This document shows, one piece after another, positions 13,330-23,369 of a DNA stretch of 64,000 nucleotides. Position 1 is the first letter of the stretch. The number at the start of each line of letters is the position of its first letter. The DNA is from Obrimoposthia wandeli (Eukaryota), in the NCBI GenBank assembly GCA_977020255.1, contig CDROCS010000755.1, positions 62,001 to 126,000 of the forward strand, in the 5' to 3' direction. The notes under the pieces were generated by a model that was not told the origin of the DNA, ran no database searches, and worked only from the letters and a program-made list of their open reading frames with translations. The translations under genes and the position numbers were made by a program.

Positions 13330-13826
13330 TCTCAAGATCGGGTTGCAGCTCCAGTTACTGCTTCTTTGCCAGTTGCTGCCCCAGTTGCTGGCCCAATTGC
13401 TATACCAATTGCTGTTTCAGTTGCTACCCCAGTTGCTGCACCACCATCTGCTGTATCCTCTACTATGGTTCCAGTTATGCCTCCTCCATCAACAGTTGGT
13501 ATGATCCCTGCGCCGTTACCAGCATGTATCCGCAAGAGAAGTGTTATGCCCACTTCAGGTAGCTCTGTTGTGAAGTTGCCCAGGGTTAATGCTGTTAAGC
13601 GAAAGACTTCGGGGCACTTCTCTTGCGGATAGATTCTGGTAACGGCGCAGGGATCATACCAACTGTTGATGGAGGAGGCATAACTGGAACCATAGTAGAG
13701 GATACAGCAGATGGTGGTGCAGCAACTGGGGTAGCAACTGAAACAGCAATTGGTATAGCAATTGGGCCAGCAACTGGGGCAGCAACTGGCAAAGAAGCAG
13801 TAACTGGAGCTGCAACCCGATTGAGA
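13330..13826. repeat. Long inverted repeat (arms 13330-13543 and 13615-13826, 71-nt spacer)
   Basis: Base-by-base comparison: the arms are reverse complements apart from two substitutions near the inner end and one 2-nt indel near the outer end. Confidence 0.97.
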
Positions 13827-15589
13827 CATTGTTATTAGATGTTTCTAATGACAACGTCATCGATTTACAAGTTCCTGTATCACTTTTGACTAGCTTAAGG
13901 GACACAGTCAGCAAGTTTGCAACTTGCAAGGTACAATTCGGAGTGCGTGTTGAATTTTCCAATATTGGAGAAACACGCGCTTGGAATTTTCCAATAGAGG
14001 GCTCCCCATAGATTAGGGATTTATAGATACGGGAGTATATGGGATCAACAAGAATATTGAGAATTATTCCCAAAGTAACAGTAATTGGGTAGTGAACCGC
14101 TTCCTGGATATTTTGTTTCTTGTGACTAAAACAACAACAATGAACTATCTCCAGGGGAATAGTTATATACCTACTCCATCTGAGTTAGCACTCTCACATT
14201 GCGTTATCAATGTGCAGAACTCTAACACGTTTTGCTTCCTCTACAGTATCTTATTTGCACTTTTCCGCGAAGTATTTCGCTCTAATCCTCATAGGGTTAA
14301 TAAATATGATGCCATGTTGAGTCAATTAGTTTTTGACGAGAATGAGATGCCGATGTGTCTATGTAATATACCGCGATTTGAGAGAAAGAATCCTAAGCCA
14401 AACAATCTTCTCCTTTTAGAAAATAATGATAATTTTCATTATGTCGGTATTCCTAAACTCAATAGACTGCTTAATTATAGGAACAAAGGTGTATCTAATT
14501 GCATTCGGTGTACTTGGTGCCATAAGTGTCTTCATGGGTTCCAGAATGCAATAAGTTACACCAAACACGTTCCACTATGTAGGATGAATTTAGATCATAC
14601 AACACTTTATTCAATGCCTATAGAGAAGCATATTGAGTTTAAGGACTTTTCAAAAACAATTTCACCACCTTTTGCTGTTTACGCAGACTTTGAGGCTGTG
14701 TTGTCGCCGCATGGAATCCATCATCAGATTCAGCTTCCAATCTCGGCCGGTATGCTCATGTCTTCCGTTGCAGCCACGACAGGGTACACACATGATTATT
14801 CGGTCTATACCGAATAATCTGGTGTGGTATCCTTTTAGCAAAAATTAGAGGATTTGGCAAAAGAGGTTGTTCTCCCATGGTACAAGAATCATGCTATCGA
14901 GGTGATGCGACAATTTACACAGGAACAGGTATCGAGTTTCAATGCCGCAAGAATCTGTTACCTGTGTAAGAAGAAACTCCCAAACAAAGTTCAAGATCAC
15001 AATCACATGACTGGCGAATACCTGGGAGCAGCGCATACGAAATGCAACTTATCAAGGAGACTCAATCGATCTTTTCCCGTCAATTTTCATAATCTAATGG
15101 GTTATGACATGCACCACATCTTGAAGCATGCACTTTGCAAGTTTCCTCTTTGGGACTGTAATGTGATAGCTCAATCATCAGAGAAATTTCAGGCTATGAT
15201 GGTACGTATTTTGAGAAGTCTGTATACGCTTTATAGATTCCTTGCAATTTTTGAACAACGGCCTTGAAAAACCTGGGTGTGACTCCTCTAACACATTCGG
15301 TCTTCCTGCAACATCTGGTGAGCGCTAAGGGAATTTTCCCATACGATATGGCAGTATCAGAGACTGCTCTTCGCGCAATCACCAGCTTACCTCCAAAGTG
15401 GGATGAGAAAATCAAGCCAGCACAATATGAGATGGCGAAGATGGTCTGGACTCAGAGTGGCTGCTCATCGCTCTGGGACTATATCTTCTAGCAGATGTGT
15501 TTACAGCATTCCGGACCAAGGCCATTGCTGACGATGGATTAGAGCCACTTAATTTCTTCTCCATCCCTGGTTTGTATTTTACTAATTTT

Positions 15590-15700
15590 CAGCAAGTAAA
15601 TTTTCATTAAGTAATTTTTATTAAGTAACTTTTCACAAAGTAATGATTTTCACAAAGTAATGATTTTCACAAAGTAATAATTTTCACAAATTAATGATTT
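15590..15700. repeat. AT-rich 17-bp tandem repeat (TTTTCACAAAGTAATGA) inside an insertion in pPolB
   Basis: Several consecutive copies with degenerate flanks interrupt polymerase homology between ~15530 and ~15720. Confidence 0.8.
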
Positions 15701-17944
15701 TAATAAATATTTTATTTCCAGGACTGACTTTCTCGAGTGCTTTCAAATCCTTGCTTCGTCCGGATTCTTCTTCTTCTGCTCCTCCTGTGCGAGTCGACCT
15801 AATACAGGATCCAGAAATGTACCGTCTCTTCCGCTCCGGGATTCGCGGGGTATAATCTTTGTCAATGAACATCGCGTGGACGCTATCAATGGTACAGAAC
15901 TTTTGTACATTGATGTAAACAATTTGTACAGGTGGGCCATGTCCCAGTTTTTACCTTGTGGTAACTTTTCGTGGGTGACTGATCGGTTAGAGTTGAGAAA
16001 TATTATTTCCAGCTTAAAATCAGCAGATTTATCCTGTAGTCGCTTCGCTCATTTATCCATTCCCAATGAGCTACATAATAAATTCGACGATCTTCCCCTT
16101 GCTCCAATTAAACAGAGTCCACCAGGGTGTAAGACTGAAAATTATTATTAACGCATTACCCTAAGAAACATCATGTTGTGCATTCTAGATTGCTACAAAT
16201 GTACGTTAGACTTGGTGCTAAGGTAGATTTTGTATACAGAGCAATACAGTTTGAACAAACTAATGTTTTTTCAAAATATATTGAGGATAATTCTCTCAAA
16301 AGAGCTGCAGCTACAACAGATTTCGAGCGGGATTATTACAAACTGAAGGTGAATTCTTTATTTGGAAAATTCATTGAGAATCTGATGAAAAGAATTAACC
16401 TCCGGATTTGTAATACTCCACCGAAGCTGGTTACCCATTGCAGTAAAGCCCACTTTCGTAAGACAATCGAAATCGATACGGACCTTATTGCAGTTCTACT
16501 GGATAAGGAAAATATTGTTTTGGATCGTCCTAGTTATATTGGCCAGGCAGTATTAGATTTAAGCAAACTTCGTATGTATGAGCTACAATATGAGCAGTTG
16601 GAGAAATATCGAGTTCAATTTAACTGCGACATTAGAATTATAGTTTTTGCTTGAAGTGCATTAATGTAAATGTTCAAGAAACACTATTACCCGCTATGAT
16701 TTCTGATGGACCTTGAAATGATTTCCAAAAAAACTACATTTTTGTCCTAAACTTGAACTGAGATTGTCCTCGGGGGGGGGGGGGGGCTTTTTTACAGAAG
16801 TGCTACATCCACCTAATAACCCATCCGCTTTATACGGCGCTTAATACAGCAATAGGAAAATTTAAAGATGAGAGCAAGGGATTTTTCTATGTCCAAAATC
16901 ATATAGCTTAGAGACTACAGAAGGTGAATCTCAGATGAGAGCCACAGGTATTAGTCTCCGACAGACAAGTATTAGGCACTCTAATTACTTAGCCGTCTAT
17001 GAGAGTGTATAACAACAACGTATAAGCTCGCTAAATCAACAATTTTTTACTGTAAGGTTAAGTAAAATTGCCTTAAGCAGTAGCGATGATAAACGCAAGT
17101 AGGTGGAGAAAATCCGATCAGTTGCCTATGGTCACTTTTTATACCCGGACGATGTTGTATAAACTTTTTATATGTTATGTATATATTTTTATTCTCCTTT
17201 GTGATTTTAAGGAATATGTGTCAAAAATACTTGTCTTTATTTTATAATTATTTGTATTTACATAAGTTGCATGTTTTTTGCAATATAGATGCAGTACGTG
17301 ACTGTCTTTGTTAAACACCCACACACACACACGTGACTGTCTTTGTAGGTATTGATGACTGACTTTGTTAAACACTCACACATTTATAAGAATAACTTTA
17401 GTACGTGACTTGTTACTATTAAGTACATAAAGATGCAAGTATTTGCAATATAGTGACTGTCTTTGTTAGATAGATACAGGAACGTTTAAACATATTTATC
17501 AAATTATATAATACTTTTTTTATAAGTAGATAATTTAGTTTAAATAAATTATATAAGCTTGAACACACACACACGATATGTCTTTTGGTGAAGGCCGCGT
17601 GTTAATGCCACCTTTAGATAAAATATATATAGTTTTAAAGTATGTTACTAAAAATAGAATATGAGTCATGTTTTTGACCTCACCATAACCTTAAAGTACA
17701 TTGTTCTCATGACCTCAGCGTGAACTTAACTCGTCCTCATGAGTTTATGTCCTCATCGGACCTTAAGCTATGCTCAAGGGGGGTATGCTCAAAATGTCTT
17801 TGTCCTGAGCATGGGGGTTCATGACCTACATATCACCGTGTCCTCAACTTGACCTACATTTTTGTCCTGAACTTGACCTCAGACGGGGCTTTGTTCCAGA
17901 AGTCATACATCTACCTACTGTCCTATTAATAATTTATCCTCTTT

Positions 17945-17950
17945 TTTATT
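17945..17950 (-). promoter_or_regulatory. Candidate polyadenylation signal of the CHP gene
   Basis: First AATAAA noticed on the - strand, ~270 nt downstream of the CHP stop codon. Confidence 0.3.
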
Positions 17951-18222
17951 GGTCGACCAGATTTAGGTTTGATGTAATAATCGCCTACGTCAGCATTGTA
18001 CTTATCTCAGTAATTCTTTTACTTCATCTTGTACGGAAGAAATTCGGTGCAAATAAATGGAAAATAACACTAAACCAAAAGTATTGTATTAGAAATAGTG
18101 TGAGTGACCTATATAGCATGACTCACGTAATTAGTGTGAATGTATGTATGGCGGTGTATGGCAGTGTATGTACGTAGGTAATATGGAATATAAATATTGT
18201 TGTTGAGTGCTGGATATCCGCA

Positions 18223-18276
18223 TCACTCCAGAAACTTGATGCTCATTTTCTGGTCAATGTCGATATTCTCGAAAGC
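18223..18276 (-). CDS. CHP1: Calcineurin B homologous protein, last coding exon (AFENIDIDQKMSIKFLE*)
   Basis: Acceptor TTGTTACAG, phase 0, 18 codons including TGA. Matches the CHP C-terminus VLEKVDVEQKMSIRFLH. Confidence 0.9.
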   Translation of the reverse strand, partial: AFENIDIDQKMSIKFLE

Positions 18277-19838
18277 CTGTAACAATGACGACTGTCAACT
18301 ACTGACTAAGATGAATAATAAACCACCGGGAATTTTATGGAAATTTTGTTCTGTAAAATTATTTAAATTACAAATATATACATACATTTCTCCTTTGTTA
18401 TTAAATATATTACAGAAATTAAATTTGAAATGGTAAGGTTAACTATATGAGTTGATAAAATAGTTACCATAATTTAGATAGTAAACAATGGATAATATCG
18501 AATGTAAATAAAGAAACAGTAACAGGTAATTCTATATTTTATAAGCTTTTGAACTGTTTTTCTATTCATCATGCAATATGTCGCTTATGTGTGTGAACCA
18601 TTTACAGTTATGCTGATAGGCTACTTTTAATTACATATTGGGACGGTTTTCATTATATTTGAACCATGGCATGGTTTCATTTATTTCGTTCAAGTCAACT
18701 TTTATTATACGACTTTTGTGTGATTATTTAAAGCCAACTTGATATATTTTGATTTTTAAAATAAACTGTATTAAGAAATATACTTAGTTGGTAAACATAA
18801 AATCTTATGAATTAATAGGCAGGTTGATTAAAGTTAATTTGAACTCTACAAATCCATTGCTTTCTGCAATGTTCATTCAGAATCTGAGTATGTCTACTAA
18901 AAGCTATTAAACATTTTTAAAAATAAATTTTTCGCTGTATTTTCACACTCAATAACAAACTTTAACACGTCGCCAAACAAACAAAAATACTGATTAATCA
19001 CATAATGTCTGGATATCACTTAGCCAGACACACAAAACAAAATCACATTAAAGTTCAAGATTAAACTAAATCTAATCTCCAATCCCCCAGACACAGCAAG
19101 TGATTCAGCACATTAAAGTACATTTTATAATTAATTTCCAACAATACATTTCAATTTTGTTTTTTCAAAATACACAAAGTTGTACAACTATGAAACAAGC
19201 CTACATTTCATAATTATATTCAATTTCTAAAAAAGATTTATGGCGAAACTTAGCCATAAACAGTTATTAACCATAGGAGATTATTTGTCAGAATTTTTTC
19301 TTGTTGTCGATGAGAATGTCCTTAATTCAGTTATGGCTCTGTGACAATTTCGTGACAGCCTCTGCTTAGTCAACACGAAGGTAACTACCAACTAAGTCGA
19401 TACATTCATCCTATTCGCAACGTTTTGGTACAATTTTAGCTAGCGTAAGCAGTCACTTCAATTTAACTGCTACAAAATATTTTGAAATAAGTTTCAACTA
19501 CGAATTTGACCAAATACAATAAAATTCAGATCACACAATTTTGAGAGGGATAAAAATAGAGTAGAAAATGAGTACACAAAATTTCCTTCCAAATGTATTT
19601 CAATTAGGTCATGTTATATTTTTCTAAATGTACCTGAAAGTAACTATTGTCTAAGTGCTCTAAAAATAACTCTAAAATAATGTACAATTTTCATTTTAAG
19701 AAAAATACTCAATCAGACATTAGCGTTAATGTTGATTTCATCATACTTTTTAATTAAAATATTTATATAAACGTATAACATTTATTCACCAATGAATTAC
19801 TTATAATAGTAGTCTATCGAAGTTAAACTCGGACTTAC

Positions 19839-19919
19839 AGCTTTGAATTCTTCGTAAGAGATATATCCATCGCCATCGAGATCAGCTTCTGCCATTGTTC
19901 TCTCCCCGATATTCGTCAT
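19839..19919 (-). CDS. CHP1: CHP exon, EF-hand 4 (MTNIGERTMAEADLDGDGYISYEEFKA)
   Basis: Acceptor GATCCAG, donor GTAAGT, 81 nt, phase 0/0. Canonical EF-loop DLDGDGYISYEE. Confidence 0.92.
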
Positions 19920-20924
19920 CTGGATCACGAATTGAATTAAGATGTAATGCAAATGGCCTAGAAACATCATATGACGACAATATGTTACAAATAGCTTGTA
20001 TCAATGATATTCAGTTATTTTACAAAAAGTTGAAAATATATTTTTTATTTAATTTATGTCCAAATCCGTCAGAATTATATTCAACTTAAAAGCGTTAGTA
20101 CAAGTGAACATTTAATGAAGATCCAATGGCTGCCGATCAATGTCAGATTATCAACAAATGTATTCTATCCCAAATGCAAAACTACTTATATGATCTTCTC
20201 AAGCGTGGTGAAGTGAGCATATACATGTATCTTAGTAGCAACGATGATGACTGCAGATACGCCAAAAAGTCTTAAATAAATAACAGGGTGATGAAATGTT
20301 TGAAATTTATGCTCAGAATCTTTACAGCAATTTACAGATGGATATAAAAAACTGTGACAATATTGAAAAATTCAAGAAGCAGCCGAAGATTTTACCAGTC
20401 AGAAAATAGTATGAAGAATAATGGTAATGATAGATTATCGTTATATTAGTTTTTTTCTTCTTATTTTATAATCGTTTAAATAAACATGAATTCTCTCTGC
20501 AGTCAGCCACTTTAAGTTCATTTACTAACATGACCGTGGGACAAATATACACAAACATGTTCAGACAAGCTAGCTCTGTGTTTGACAACTGAACTGATTA
20601 AGTTAGTTCCGCTACCCAAATTTATAATTAAAAAACGTAGAAATGAATGTGAGTAAATAATTTATATTCCAAAATGAAATATATCAACATTCTACCATCT
20701 AAGTGTGTACACTTCTTAAGAAGTGCTTGCATATTTCAGCTGTGATGTTATGTTCTTCAAATGAAATGAAATCTTTCGGTTCTTGAATGATTTTCGATCT
20801 ATATCGGTAAGTAAGTGTCCCCATACAACAACAAAAGTCCAAAGGAGACAGATCGTTCATGAAAATTCATGTTTTGAAAACCATTGTGCTAAATACATAG
20901 GAATTAAGATTGAGAGAAGATTGA

Positions 20925-21715
20925 GGGATATGCAGTAGGTGAAGGGAGATGCAGTGAGATGGAGTAAGATGCAGAGAGATGGAAGAAGATGCAGAAATAT
21001 GGAAGAAGTTACAGAATATGAAAGATGGAGATGCAGAGATGATGGAAGATGGAGTGAGATGGAGTATAAATATATACACTACCAGTCACTCTAATTACTT
21101 CGCGTTAATAAATGTATACGTGATGTGGCTAATGCTCTGTAGAAGGCAAATAATTGCCAACAATACATCGTTAATTGCGCCATCATAGAGAAGTCAACGT
21201 GAAGGACATTCTGATATGTCAGAAGATCCCCTGGTACTTGTAAGTGTACATGGCTCAGAAGGCTGTGATATCTGCTCACATAACCTCATGCACTATGGCT
21301 CAGATGATTTTGGCATGTACATTAATACCATGCTTTGACATATTCCTCTCAGAGACTGTGTAATATTACGACGATTCCCCAGACAAAATTAAATCCTGAA
21401 TATATCTGCAATGGACCCATACACCACAAACAATAAATTAGTAGACACACATAAACTTTGACAAACAATTACAAATATTATGTAAAGTATTGTAGTTTCC
21501 TTCTATAAAACAGCAAATATTGGTTCAACTCCCTCCGTCTTCATGCATCTCACACCATCTTTTTCCATCTTTCTTCATATCCCTCCATCTTCATGCATCT
21601 CACACCATCTTCTTCCATCTCTCTCCATCTTCCTTCATCTCCATCCATCTTAATCTTCCTCCATATCCCTCCATATTCATCCCTCTATCTGCATATCTCA
21701 CACCTGTTTTACATT
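20925..21715. repeat. Pair of oppositely oriented GAGATG/CATCTC-rich low-complexity tracts (20925-21065 and 21535-21715)
   Basis: The reverse complement of the second tract shares GAGGGATATG, GAGAGATGGAAGAAGATG and GAGATGCA blocks with the first. Confidence 0.7.
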
Positions 21716-21749
21716 TCTTTTATTGAAATCTTTATAATATTAATCATAA

Positions 21750-22700
21750 TGTATCAAAATACATTTGACAAATTTGAAGTAGAGATAATGTTGATGAGAG
21801 ACGAAATTTGAACACTTGTTGCTTGATATCTAATAGTCTGACCTTCTTAATTTTAATTGAGTTATCGAGCTTTAAAATGCTACATATTGTGCGATAACTA
21901 CTCACAACCCGATGTGTAATTCGATAGGAATGAGAAGTCAATGACAGATTGATTAAGATAAGACAGATCAAGTTACAGTGATGATGGTGATGATGAGCCA
22001 TGTACGAATGTCCCAGGAGTCATGATTATTAAAGAGACGGAGTTGGAACATGCGGGTCAGCGCCAGTTGGCAGAAAAATCAATCAATAATTCAAACAGGT
22101 CCACATAACCCCACCCGAAAATGATCATTGCTGTCCACGTCAGAAATGCAGAGAAAATAAGAGAAAACGCCGGTAACAATTGCTGTCCTCGACGATGCAG
22201 TCCTCAATTTCATGTCAAGAGGTTTCCTTAGTCACGCCCACTTTAGAAAATATCCATGTGATGTATCTATAAGGGATAAATAACACTGGATAACACATTG
22301 TCAACCTCAACTTCTTCTTGAAGAGAAATTGCATAAATTTTAACTGATTCAATCTATTGAATTCCAATGGGAAACTCATTGGGTTGCAAAAGTAAGATAA
22401 GTTATAACAGGGGAAATAATAAGTTATTGAAAAGTTAAATACACACTGTAGGACATTTCGTAGTGGGAAACGACTAGATATGCCTCATTAGCCACAATCT
22501 CCGTCTTCTATCGCATCTCTTCTTGCTGTAGCGCATCCACACTCCAGTGGGCCCCTTTGTAGAGAGCCACACCCACTTCATCAAGCCCGATAACTGCTCA
22601 ATGCGTTATCCCTTTTTCCTCACCCCCTTGAGTGAAGTTCCTCCTTATATTATTGATTTTGTCCCTTCTCTAACTGACTATGGCTGTCGTACTAGATTTA
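21750..22700 (-). pseudogene. Highly decayed Gypsy-like integrase remnant in a CHP intron
   Basis: Degenerate motifs across frameshifts: DIF(S)KWA, ISDVDSN (SDQG-like), SYRITHR (AYRTT-like). Confidence 0.3.
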
Positions 22701-23369
22701 TAATAATGCAATCCAACAAATTTGTGGGTATACACTGCACGAAATTGAAATAGGTAAAAGTTCATTTTAATGAAATTATTTCAGTACATCGCAATTTGGA
22801 TTTGTTATCTGAATTTTTCAATCGATTATTATTCGTTGTAGTATGGCATTAAATAAAATAGCGTTATAAACTCAGGAGTGTCAGATTATTTTTCATTTTA
22901 TTTTTCTAAAATTTTGGAAAAAAATCAAATTTAAGTATGTTTAAAGAACCAAGTATAAATTTAGAGTTTAAATTATTGTTAAATGACTAATAGTCCCAAT
23001 TGGCCATTTATGAATATATAAATAAACAATTTAAAATAAAGCCTAATATTTTTGAGAATATATTTTTATTATTATCTGCAAAAACGGAGAAATTGTGTAC
23101 TAAGAGATAAAATTAATTTTGTTTAAATGCTCTTACACTCAAAATTATAAACAAAACGGAATTTAAAATAATTATTTTCTAAAATTACTATAAACCATAC
23201 TAATTTGTTTCAGAAATAAAACTAAAGTTTATAATATTAATGCTTTGAATTATTTTGAAGTTCTGAATAATTTTTGTAGCTTTTATTTATTTAATAAATA
23301 TTTTAACTTTCTAAATAGTTAAGTTCATGTTCAAACTCAAACCCATATTTTTCTTAACGTAAATTTGCG

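Larger units (their letters stand above)
13204..17162 (+). pseudogene. Protein-primed family B DNA polymerase (pPolB) with low-complexity N-terminus and EndoVII/HNH-like insert
   Basis: SYIPTP...VINVQN...CFLYSI; exonuclease PFAVYADFEA; CYLCKK...DHNHMTGEYLGAAHTKCNL; FHNLMGYDMH; motif A YIDVNNLYRWAMSQFLP; motif B YYKLKVNSLFGKFIEN; IGKFKDE; C-terminal DDKR...AYGH. Many stops, frameshifts and insertions. Confidence 0.93.
7300..17600 (+). mobile_element. Polinton/Maverick (adintovirus-like endogenous viral element), degraded, termini not found
   Basis: Collinear ATPase, integrase, minor capsid, major capsid, adenain and pPolB remnants on one strand, which is the diagnostic Polinton gene set. No AGTAGT-type terminus was recognised at either side. 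Confidence 0.93.

Noticed and set aside
13332-14073. Overlapping ORFs 13332..13829, 13595..13792, 13623..13838 and 13654..14073 as separate genes
   Set aside because: They are shadows of the GC-rich PVAAP tract and its inverted duplicate.
21744-22001. MAHHHHHH ORF suggesting a His-tag or vector contamination
   Set aside because: It arises from a natural (GAT/GGT)n-like run inside a decayed integrase region, and no vector sequence is nearby.
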